DNA of 64,000 nt. Origin: the human T2T-CHM13v2.0 reference genome, Homo sapiens. The stretch lies in NCBI RefSeq assembly GCF_009914755.1, contig NC_060929.1. One strand, written 5' to 3'. The position numbers and the translations under genes are program-made. The notes beneath the pieces were generated by a model, which ran no database searches, was not told where the DNA came from, and worked only from the letters and a program-made list of their open reading frames with translations. Below are positions 31,582-43,085 of this stretch, in pieces (position 1 is the first letter of the stretch; each line of letters begins with the position of its first letter).

Positions 31582-34084
31582 ATGTCCTACTCCACCAGTT
31601 CCCAGCATTTCTGGATGAGGTCATCTCTGAGGTATTAATGATGGTGATGATTACATAAACAATTAGATCTTTCTACATAAAGAGAAAATTGGCTGCCAAG
31701 TGGTCAAATCTCAGGTTCCTGTAATTAGGCAACCCACACATGACCGTCAGCCTGCCTGGTGAGGTCTCTAGATAACTATGATGATGCAGTGGGGGATATA
31801 AAAGCAAGATGAAAGAAAGCTGGTGCTAGGTATGGCAACACTGCTGGGAGGAAGGCTCCCTCCTTAGCGTCCCTGAGGATTCACTTTTCCTACACTAGCT
31901 TACCTTTTCATTCTTAAGATACTGTTCTGATGAGGGGTCTTACCCTGCAATCTTCACTTTTTCAAGATTTTTGTTTCCATTAGATTCCTAATCCCACAGG
32001 GTGTCATCATCGTAGAGACTGTTTTAGTAAATGAAAATAATAAATGGCTAAGGATGGCCTGATGGCTGTAATTACAATGCACTTGTGTCAAGCAAAATGT
32101 AGAGATATTTAATAGACTTCTAATCCATCAGAGATCAAGCGAAAGGAATAGAATGATTGCTAAAGTTAACCCATATAGATACTTTTTTCTGATATAAATT
32201 TCTAACAACCAAATTTCATTAAACATTTACTGTGTCTAGACATTGTTCATAGAACCAGGTTCATTGGGTCCATGTTAATTGTATAATGACTGAATGTCAA
32301 CTATTTTGCATGATTTATTAAGATGCAGGTTATAAAAATTTATTTATTTGCAACAACTCTTGAGTTCTGCAACAATGGACAAAATGAAGTGATAAGACAA
32401 ATTTGAAAAATTATATATTTAAACTAATCCTTAAAACATTTTGATCTTCAAGATACATATACTATATTATAACATTAAACCTCTATGTAGTTATTAAAAT
32501 CTATACAATTAGAATTATACTAGCTTTCCTTCCATTTCAAGATATATTACACCCTGATCACTTCATAGCAACAATTTGTTTGGGTTCCATGTTTCATATA
32601 GAAATACAGACTACCTGAAAAGATGTGTATGATGGTAAAATGTAGGACATCAGCAATGTGTTACAGAGAAATAGCATTTAAGAAAGCTCATTACTTCTGC
32701 TCCCCTATGTGTTAGGCGAATAGAATATAATTATCTTTGTGAGCTCTTGTAAAGCAAAGAAATTTTCCATGTCTACATCTGAGTTCTCCAAAATAATCTT
32801 TATTTGGGTTCATCATTCATTCATTTACCCAATAAAGCTTGCTTTGTAAGAGGTAGCACAGCCCCTATTTACTGGACAAAAAACACCCTCCAGCTCAAGG
32901 CCAGGAGAACTAACCTGAGTCTTTGCCCAGTGAGCCTCTTGGAGAGTCATGGTGTAGCATCAAGCTGTGAGCATCCAGCCCTCTTCTTTGTCTATAGCTT
33001 GATATAGATTTATTTTATCCAGTGCTGTAATATGCCTTCAAAACCTTTCTGGTGACAATCAGTCATGGCAGAATGTATGTTTCATCACAAGATCCATGGT
33101 TTTGCTTTAGGGCTCACCAAAACAGTCCTTTCCTTTAATCTTTTCTGTAACTGCAAAATTCCTTCTTCAACAGTGTTAAAAACCTTCACACTGAATGGTT
33201 TTATGAACTTCCTTGTTATGTAGTACAACCAAGCTTTTGATTAAAACAACATTTTATTGCTATAGGATGGTGCTTCTGGGAATTTTTTAAAATCCCATAA
33301 CAAACTACATGCACATTTTACAAAATGGAAAAAATGAAATACACATTGTATTTAGCACAAGTCCCCATTTATGAATGCTCCGGTCTGGAATATAAAACAA
33401 AGCCAAGTTGGTGGAAATGTTAGTGGAGGAGCCCACATAGTACCAAGTGCAGCCTTAGATCCTACACTTACTAGAGTGCTGTCCTTAGAATCACCTTCAA
33501 CTAAGGGATATTTGGTACTGAGTCCACACAGCATAACTGATGCCTTGAGAGTGTGGCTGATGTGTGATTTTGCTAGAGACTGTCTAGCCTGCTTTAATTC
33601 CGGTGTCCCAGGAGCAAATTTCATCAGTTATGTATTCTTAAAATAAGCTTATGCTCTTCTAATTAACTCTCAATAATGCAAGAGGTGCTTATCACAATTC
33701 AACAGCCATTAAAAATGTCATCTGTTGAGTTGGTTAAATTTTTAAAAAGTAGTAAGAATTTGTGTTGAGTAAAACATAGAAAGATGGGTTTACAAATACT
33801 GGGCTCTGGAAGCTGTGAGTAGGGAGTACTGTTCTTGGAGGTAACAGACTTTGTAACTGACCAGAATTTACAAATGTTTAATTAATTACCTAAACCTTTA
33901 GGGCCCTTCAAGGTTCACTCATGGAAGCCCAGAATATTCTTTTTCTTTTACATTTTGCCTAGTTTGACTATCATGCAGATACACGAAACTAGAGTGAGGT
34001 TTAAGTATGGGCATTAAATATGAAGACAACTGGTGGAAGCTACCGTGTCTCCTTGCCTTGTCTTTGTCAACCTTAGACTTTTCA

Positions 34085-34500
34085 AGCAATCCGCAAACAT
34101 TTATTAAACATCTCCTATGTTCTGGGCACTGGTGATATATCAATGAATAAAACACAGCCCTATTTTTAAAGAGTTCACTGTCTTGTGGGTGAAAGTCACC
34201 TTACCCCAGGCCGACAGGTGGCCGTTTGGCACTGGTATGATACAGCCGGCTTATGTTCTGATAGGGCTCTGCCAGCGCTGTTCCAGTTGTTAAAGATCTT
34301 GAATGTCACTCCCAAATACACAGATAACAGGTATACAACACGGGAGATGAGAGAAGGAGCTCAGGGAGACATAGAGGTGGAATGAGGGGCCCCTGAACCT
34401 GAGGTCAGGGCAAAGAGAAGGAGAGGCCAAAGGAGATGACCCCTGGGCTGAGTCTCAGAGGATGGGCAGGAGGCTGTCACTGGCCAGTGGAGGTAATATT
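34085..34500 (-). mobile_element. L2 3' remnant
   Basis: caaacatttattaaacatctcctatgttctgggcactggtga...aagagttcactgtcttgtggg. Confidence 0.55.
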
Positions 34501-34649
34501 GCAGGCATGAGCATCACAGCTTGGATGAAACCAGAGAATCAATTATGTGTTTGGAACTAGGAGGCTGCCAGCAGCCAACGGAGGCAGTATTACAGCAGCA
34601 CCAACAACTTGGATGAAATCAGAGAATCAACTATGTATTTGGAACTAGG
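34489..34649. repeat. About 88-90-bp period tandem duplication
   Basis: 42-bp core cttggatgaaa.cagagaatcaa.tatgt.tttggaactagg at 34520 and 34608 (3 mismatches); ggagg.a.tatt.cag also repeated. Confidence 0.85.
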
Positions 34650-36089
34650 TCTCTACACAGAATCAGCAAGAGTTTAGAGGCTTACAACAAGAGTCTGAAT
34701 CTTCACAGGCATGTGGAAGGAAGAGGAACTCCAGAATTGGGTGTTGCTTTCTCTCCGTAGTACATGAGATCTAAGAAGAGGCTCTTACCCATGGGTCATG
34801 GAGGCCCTGTCTTAGTGATCATCTCCTGTCTAGGCTCTCATCTGTTTAACTGAACTGCTGAGATTATGCATTTTAATGAGGCCTCGTTCAGCCTCCCCCC
34901 TAGGGATGCAATTTAGTACATGGAGGTCAGCTGCCTGCCTCTCTGTCTTCACTTGGTTCCTTCCTTGTGTACCACACCCTCTTTCCTTCTATCCTTGGCT
35001 GATTTTGCACACGTCTACCTCTCTAGTGTGGTGATGCTCTGAGAATCTCTTTCAACTGTACTCTGCTCTTAGTGGAGATTTGTAATGTGTTTCAGAAATA
35101 GATACATGAATGTTGTAAGCAGTGTGATTTGTTTTCATTATATACTCATCTGTTCATTCATAGCTAGATATAGCTGACCACTTCTTAAAAGTTAAAAAGC
35201 TTATTTATTTTGTGGTTAAATACTGCCTAAGGTTTATATTTCATATTGATGAAATGGCTTAAACATGGTATCTTACGATACCAAATAATCTCTCTGGAGA
35301 TTATTTGCAGTTTGTAAGATACCATGTTTATCTCTCTGGAAAAGAGAGATAAAATGGTAAAGATAATTACCGTTACTTCTCTCTGGAGAAGTCTCAACAT
35401 ATGGCTTTAATATTTCTTACAAATAGTAAATCCACCAATAATAATTACTGATAGAGCTTATTGTGATTTTCTGTTTGTTTGAATATATAGAACTATGTAA
35501 AAAATGGCATGAAAAATCAGAAATACAACAAACACTTCCTCAAGTAAAACCTGACTCACCTATTTCCTGAGGCAGGCATGGGCAGAAAGGAGGAAAAAGT
35601 GGCTTTGGTGAGGTACGTCTTGACCAGTTCCAGGATGCATTTGGAAGGAAAATATTAGCATAAGAATCTTTTCATTGGTGCAGTTGACCACAGCTCCCAG
35701 CCCCTATCTGGTGTGAGCCCACTGTCTGTGAACAAAACCAGCTTTCACTCCACAGGGCAATAGCGCTCCCCCCGATGGATAAAGGGCCTAACGTAGATTT
35801 TATGGCACTTCTTCCTAACTAACTTTTAAAATATGCCATAGATCAGCTTTTGGCTATTTCAATTGACCTGTAAACAAAGTTGTTAAGAGGAAGAACAGAT
35901 TCCTGTGTGTGGTGGATGAACCTTTGGAAATGCCTTGATTCTAAGGAAAGGGGAGAAGAAACAGTTGTAAAATCGGAAGCATCAATATTCACAGTTCAGC
36001 CGTTACTGATGGGAACCATATATCATCCAACACAGATAAGCATCATGTTGTGTTCTGATCCTGAAAGGTGAAGGGGATAACAATAAAAA

Positions 36090-36310
36090 TAGTGATTACG
36101 GATCATGTAGTATGTGCCAGTCTCTACGCTAAATCCCTTACACATATCATTTCTTTAGTCTTCATGACAACCCTATGAGGTACCTAGGATTATCATCCCC
36201 ATTTTAGAAGGAATAAACTGAAGCTTGAAGAGGAAACTGACCAAGGCTATATAGAGCCACCACGGTAGTGTCGGGATTTAGAACCCAAGACCAAGCCCTG
36301 AGCCCAATCT
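36090..36310 (+). mobile_element. MIR SINE
   Basis: tatgtgccag...catgacaaccctatgaggt...tatcatccccattttagaaggaataaactgaagct. Confidence 0.75.
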
Positions 36311-36440
36311 CTGCCCAACGATGAGCTAAAAGAAAGGGCACAGGGTACCTGGCTGGCTCCTAGTAAGAGCGGCAGCCAACAAGGACCGTCCCTGTGAAGT
36401 CTTTGTATTCCCTGTTGGGAAACAACATCTGAAGTTATCC

Positions 36441-36580
36441 AAATGCCATCTCAGAGTGAAAATCAGGCTGAATATTGGAATCAAGAGAAGAAAATCAAAT
36501 AAAAATCTAGAGAACCGTAGCAGGTCCTTCCATGTTATTAATATTAATATCAGGATATCTTACTCTCAAAATGGAGAAAA
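36441..36580 (+). repeat. 140-bp dispersed direct repeat, copy 1 (copy 2 at 38063-38202)
   Basis: ungapped alignment at offset 1622; 23 mismatches in 140 by hand count. Confidence 0.88.
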
Positions 36581-38062
36581 CAAAATGACGAGTTAATGCC
36601 TGAACTGAGAAAGAAAGACATTTACAAGTAAAGAGGCAAATCTTCTATTATCTAAAATAAGAAAATAATATGAGAGTGATTTCAGGAGAGGATAGTAGGA
36701 TAGGCAAGGGGACTATTAAAAAGCAAAAACTAGATCAAGAAGACAGATGCATCCTTTGGATATCAGCCAAGAGAGAATTGCGGCCTGCCAGGTGTCAGCT
36801 TTCAGACCCCAAATGGCATTGTCTTCAAACCCCTGGATTTGACCATGACATGCCAAGGTGTGAATAGTAGAAAGTGGAGAAGGGGGCTCTGCTTTAGGAA
36901 GTGGGGTGAGCCTGGAGTAATTGAGCAAATCTGATGTCTCTAAAGCAGGCCAAGAGGGGAAGCCAATCCAGATGGACAGGAACCACCAGATTATAGAGGT
37001 GAAGGAAGCAAAAGTAGAGAACAGGAAATCAGGTCAAAAGAAAGGCCCTGATGATCAGACCACCGTAAAGAGTATGTCTTGGAGTCGAGAAAAATTCATT
37101 TGGGAGCCGAGATAATTCACATTGCATGAGTGACCCAGGGCCTGCAAGGCTTTGAAGGGAAGATCTCACAGAGAGTTGGAGAGGAAATGACTCAATGCAG
37201 CTGTGACCTGATACAGACCAGGGCCAGAGAACACAGGTCCTGAAAGGCTAATTTAAATCAATCCAGACTGTCATAAAAGCACAAAGAACAAAAAATGCTT
37301 TGCAGTTACTAAGTAATGGTCAGTGTTTATTCTTCATTCCGGTGACAGCTTTGTGTCTGACTTTGTGACAGCTTAGGTATCATGCCGGATTTCCTGCACA
37401 TTTTCGTGAAGACCATCTAGAAGCCCATGCCTGCTTATAACTGGCGAGATGGGATTATGGCTTGTCAAGCAGCAGAACACACCCAGTGTCTCCTCTCCTA
37501 CAGAGCGTCTGCTGCTATGGACATGTGCTGCCCTGGGAAAAGTCCACTGAAGGTGGATGATGCAGATGAAAAGGCTACTTCACTTTTGGAAGCTGCCTAA
37601 TTCACTTCCAGGAGCAAACTTTTTGATCGGTAGGATATGACTCAGTGTAAGTTTTTTTTTCTTTTTTCTTTTTTCTTTTTTTGCCAAGGGAAACAGGGTT
37701 TTTGGGGATCTTAGGAGACACAGGTAAGAAATTATTTCAGGTATCTCGAATTAGTAAGGCTTCCTGAGGATATTTTTATTCTACTTTTGCTGACATCAAG
37801 GAAGCACTTTATCTCTTTTCAGAGCAAAAATGAAGGGGTAGGAAGGCCCTGTGAGGTGCAGTTCAGGGGAGGAGGGGAACAGAATTTATAAAAGAAATAG
37901 GAATCCTAGATGAAAGCAAGGACAACAGACTATTAGGACTTAAAACCTGCTTAATGATGGTTTCCCTTCCTTTAGTTGCCATGTCACCAAGTCCAGGAAA
38001 AATAGCACTGAAGAAACTGCAGAAAAGACAATACTAGTATAATATTTGGTCTTAAGGTATCT

Positions 38063-38202
38063 AAATGCCATCTCAGAGCAGAAACCAGGTGGAATCTTGA
38101 AGTCCAAAGAAAAAAACCAAATAAACTTCTAGAGAACCACAGCAGGTTCTTCCATGTTATTAATACTAATATCAGGATATCTTCCCCTTAAGATGGAGAA
38201 AA
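38063..38202 (+). repeat. 140-bp dispersed direct repeat, copy 2
   Basis: matches 36441-36580. Confidence 0.88.
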
Positions 38203-38778
38203 AGATATGCTCAGTTGATGATGCCTGGATGAGAAAGAAAGCCATTCTTTCTGGATTGCTTATTCAGTCCAGATCACAGCTTAGTGCAGAGTACACAGAC
38301 TGGGATCCTCAGCATGACTATGTTGGCCCACACAACGTCCTACAAACATTTTCAAATTTTTAGTTTTTAATATTTGTAAAATAAGTATATTTTTGAATTC
38401 CCACTTCTCTTATTAAAAAAAAATAGAAAGATCAAGCAACACTGAGACCTTATTCCCAAACTAAGCTGAATAGCAGCTACTCCCCTTAGAAGAGGTGCGG
38501 ATTCTCCATTTCCCCTTGGCCTCCATGTTCCTGTAGCATGGCTCCTATCCAAGAAGGACCACTAATGGAGGCAAGTGAATTCATGTGCAGTAAGCATGCA
38601 TTTGAGGGTGGAGCATGCATTTCATGTGGAGAAAAGGACAAGTGGGAAGCCGGTGTTCTATGGTCCTTTTTCTTTTGGGGATGGATTGGTATTGGTATCT
38701 ACAAGAACAGAATATAAAATACTATGTGGCTACATTTCTTTAATCATATGAAAAATGCCGAAATGTAACACTTAGTCT

Positions 38779-39375
38779 TGTTGATGGAAAGAGTCAGACT
38801 GTGTAAAATATTTGAAGAGATTTACTCTTAGCCAAATATGAGTGACCGAAGGCCTGTGACACAGCCCTCAGGAGATCCTGAGAACATGTTCCCAAAGTGG
38901 TCAGGGTACAGCTTAGCTTTATACATATTAAGGAGACATGAGACATCAATCAAATAAATGTAAGATGTACATTGGCTCAGTTCAGAAAGGCAGGACAACT
39001 GGAAGCGGGGCCTTTCAGGTCATGGGTAGATTCAAAGATTTTCTGGTTGGCAATTGGCTGAAAGAGCTAAGTTATGGTCAAACACTTAGGAATGTCTGGG
39101 TTCAGATAAGGGGTTGTGGAGACCAAGGTTTTTTCATGCAGGTGAAGCCAGCAGGTAGCGGGCTTCAGAGGGAATAGATTGTAAATGTTTCTTATCAGAC
39201 TTTAAGTCTGTTCTATCAGTATTTCCAAAAGGGAAGAGGGTAGAATGAGGCATGTCCGACTCTCCTTCCTATAATGGCCTGAACTAGTTTTTCAGTTTAG
39301 CTTTGGGATGCCCTTGCTGAAAGAAGGGGTCCTTTCAGATGGTTGGGGGGTCTAGAATTTTATTTTTGGTGAGCA
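38779..39375 (-). mobile_element. MER4-family ERV1 solo LTR (MER4A1-like, 597 bp)
   Basis: TG...CA ends; reverse begins tg..caccaaaaataaaattctaga; 4-bp TSD gtct at 38775-38778 and 39376-39379. Confidence 0.88.
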
Positions 39376-40259
39376 GTCTTCAGAATTTTATTTTTGGCTT
39401 GCAGTCTTTAGGAATTAAAAAGGAATACAATTCAGAAGATTGCAGGGCAGGAAGAGAGGTTCTGTCCCTCTTTGTTTTACTGAGGATGAGATATGGTGGA
39501 ATGCATTTATGTGACAAAAGGAAGAATTTTAACTAACAATTAGAATAAAATTGCTGAGAATATAATAAAATAAAACTGTTTTCTGGTTAGTTGTTTTGTT
39601 GCCACTTTGGAGAGAAAACTCAGAGGTCTGGCTCCTAGCATTTGTTTCTGTTTCTGTCTCTGGTAGAATGGGGTGAAAGAGACTGGAACAGGTTTTTAAA
39701 TGATGTTATCACTTCTGGGGACTTTGTCTAAATTTTATTTCTTTTATTTTTTAGCAGGAGGGCTATCTTTATGAAAGAAATAGAAGCATTTTGACTTCTT
39801 CAGATCATTTTCCTCTGAAACTGGGTTCTTTGAAGCAGGGCACCCAAAGATGCCATAATATAAGAATTTGCCAAAGGAAAGCCTTGCTCGAAGCATTCAG
39901 GGCAAGCCCTCTTTCTTTTCACATCCAGTTACAAATGGCATCTGGGTCAAACTAGTAGAGTATCATAAATAGACTTTAGGACTAAACTTAAAGAGGAAGA
40001 ATTCTTTTGTTGATATCCCTGGTTGAGATTAATGATATTTTCGGTTCCAACCAGAAAGGAAAAAAAGGGTTACAGGTTAGATAAAAGGCTAATTGGAAAT
40101 ATTGTATAGAACATAAAAAAATGCAAAATAATTTAGGAATATTTACCCAAGGGTAAGATTGCCATAAAAAGCAGAGTGAATGGGGAGAGATATGAGGCAG
40201 TTTCATTTATTTTATGAAATTCATATATTCATTTATGGAAATAAGAGATTAGAGTATGA

Positions 40260-40750
40260 GTCACATAAGAACATGTCACTCCCTGTTTGAAAGCTTTTGA
40301 TGACTTTCCATTAGCTGTTGAACAAAGTAAACTTCTTGGTATAGACTTTAAGGCCCTCTATTATCTGGCTCCGACCTACTTCCCCAGGCTGATATTTTAG
40401 TATCCTTTCTCCTCCCCTGCTCGTGAACCTTATGCTCCAGTCTTTGGAACTAATTGCTACTCCTAGAGAGCCCGTCACTCAGAATTGCTGACACTGCTTA
40501 CTCCACTGGAAATGTCCTTCCCACCTTCTCTATCCTTTGACATTTAATCCATCTTTGAGAGCCCATCTTAGATTCTCACCAGTTTCCCCAGGAGGAGTGA
40601 ATCTGATGCATCTCTAAAGTCCCGTAGCTTATATCGCTATTGTAGTTCTTTTCTCTTTTTGTTTTATATTACTTATGTATGTGGTTTTCTCCTTCACTAT
40701 ACTCTCTGTATCATCTTCACATTCTATTTCTAACAGTGTCTAGAACATGG
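40260..40750 (+). mobile_element. L2 remnant
   Basis: atgtcactccctgtttgaaagc...aaggccctctattatctggct...ctggaaatgtccttccc...tctaacagtgtctagaaca. Confidence 0.6.
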
Positions 40751-40984
40751 ATTTCCAACTCTAGTTGTTTACTCATTGACTATTGTACTTCCCATATTTA
40801 TTTTTAAACTGAAGATTGATTGGGTTATGTTAACATTTCAACATGTTATAGATTTAATTTCTAGCTTAACATAGCTAAACCAAATTTATTAGTTTCTCCC
40901 AAGTGCTCTGTTTATATAAATGTTCTCAATATTTTGAAAAATCACTTAATTTTCTAATTTGAGAATTACATTTGACTCAACCAT

Positions 40985-41297
40985 TTAATTAAATTAATTA
41001 ATTAATTAATTAATTGAGACAGAGTCTCACTCTGTGCACAGGTTGGAGTGCAGTGGCACAATCTAAGCTTACGGCAACCTCTGCTTCCCAGGCTCAACCA
41101 ATTCTTGTGCCTCAGCCTCCTGAGTAGCTAGGATTACAGGTGTGTGCCACCATGCCTGGCTAATTTTTTGTATTTTTAGTAGAGACGGGATTTCGCCATG
41201 TTGGCCAGCCTGGTCTCGAACTCCTGGCCTCAAGTAATCTGCCCACCTCAGCCTCCCCAACTGCTGAGATTGTAGGCATGAGCCACCGTGCGCGGCC
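40985..41297 (-). mobile_element. Alu (Sz/Jb-like) with (TTAA)n tail
   Basis: reverse dimer; flanking catttaatt repeats. Confidence 0.93.
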
Positions 41298-41609
41298 TCA
41301 TTTAATTCACTTTTGAAAAACAAAGTATAGTATGACATCACATTCTACTGAATATTCTTTGGGATATTTCTTATAACCTTTGCTGCTTTCTGCCCCTATT
41401 TGCTTTGCTTTAGTTCAGGCACTAGTCCCTTCATAGTTAGCTAATTTCCGGAGTACTTTGGTGAATAACTCTTCCAACCCCAAACCTTTCTAGAGACCAC
41501 GGTCATAAAACTCTTAAGTCATGAATATTAAAATCTCCTGGGCTCCAAATTTGCTGCCACATAAAAACTAAAATTCTCTGCCTTGTGCTGGTCCTGCAGT
41601 AACTATGGA

Positions 41610-41840
41610 AACATAGTGATTAAGAATACAACTCTAGAATCTGGCAAAGCTAGATTTGTTCCCACACTTCCTAGGTTTGTAAAGTGGGGTGTTTCAGAGC
41701 TTCCCAAGTCTGTTTCTTCCTCCGTAAATGGAAGATAATAATTGTATTTACCTCATAAAGTTGTCTTGGAATTGACATGAGATGATGCCTCTAAAGTGTT
41801 TAGCAGTTTGCATGGTAAGAGCAAAAATTGGACAAAATAT
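41610..41840 (-). mobile_element. MIR SINE
   Basis: tctgtttcttcctccgtaaatggaagataataattgtatttacctcat. Confidence 0.7.
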
Positions 41841-42939
41841 TAGCAACACTCGTTGCATTTTCTGTGACTCTCCAGGATGCTTGCTCAGCTCTGGTCAGTG
41901 GAGCCTATTCACTGTGAAGCAGGGTCAAGAATGGTAGCACAACATTCCTGGCAGGTATCCTAATGGGTACTGAGCCAACCCCATGTATTGGGTAGGAATC
42001 TATTGTTAGCACAAGAAAAGGAAGCTTGGGATGGCTAAAGTGAGGTAGACAATTGGTGAAAGACACTGAAGCAAATATCTAGTGTTTGACTTGAGTGGTT
42101 TGAGTTCTGTAAACCAGGCAGAGGCTCATTCTATTGTGTCAGGTGTGGCAACATTCTCTATGGAAGCTAAATTGTTTTTTGGGATTCATTGATTTAGGCA
42201 GTGTCTAGATGTGAAGAGACAAGACAGGAGATGTCTCTTACCTATCTAGATGTAGTGCTTTTTTACTCCTGGGGTTTGGAGGTATGGGATGTTCTGTGTG
42301 CTCCTATGATGCTCCACACTGACTTGATGCCCACTGGAGTTGTGTGGAGATGCTGAGCACATCCCCGGAATGGGCTGGGAGATGATATGAAGGCTTCGCA
42401 TAAGTGACCCTGACATCTGAAGCAGGCTCTTCTGCATAATCAGTGATGCTTATAGGCAGAAACTAGATACCTGTAACTAGATATCTGTGGGCCATTGGAT
42501 GTCAGGAAAGGTTATTAGCATATTCTGAAGCACCTGTTCTGGCCATTTCTTACTGGCTTGAAAGTCATTGCCCTGTCCAACAAGGCTACGTTGTATACCT
42601 TGCAATTTGTTTCAGTTTAGAGCACAGGCATTTGTTTATGTAGTTAGAATTTTAAACACTGATGGAATAGTTTCTAATTTGTGCCTGAGAGTTTACACAT
42701 AATCTGCGAGCATACAAAAATTTGCAATTCTATGTGGATGATGGTTTAAACATCAGCAGGGAAAAGTAATATGCTTTTATTGTATATTTTAGAATGCTGA
42801 TTGAATTGGCTTCTCACTGTATTTGTCAAGGCTGGAACAGACGATGGCACTGCAGAATCTTATGTGCACAGAAGAAATCTACAGACATTCAATGAGGGGA
42901 GGATTTCGTTCCATCAGATGGGCTTCCTGACATAATTGC

Positions 42940-43082
42940 AAAGGTAGCATGGAATAGAGAAAAGAACATTGGAGTGGTTCCAGAATTCTAGGTGGTTTCA
43001 GATTTTTTACTAATTACTCAGGTGGCTTTGGGCAAGCCACTTAGCTTCATAGACTTCTGTTTCCTCATCTGTAAAATGAAGT
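42940..43082 (-). mobile_element. MIR SINE
   Basis: ggctttgggcaagccacttagc...ctgtttcctcatctgtaaaatg. Confidence 0.75.
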
Positions 43083-43085
43083 GAG

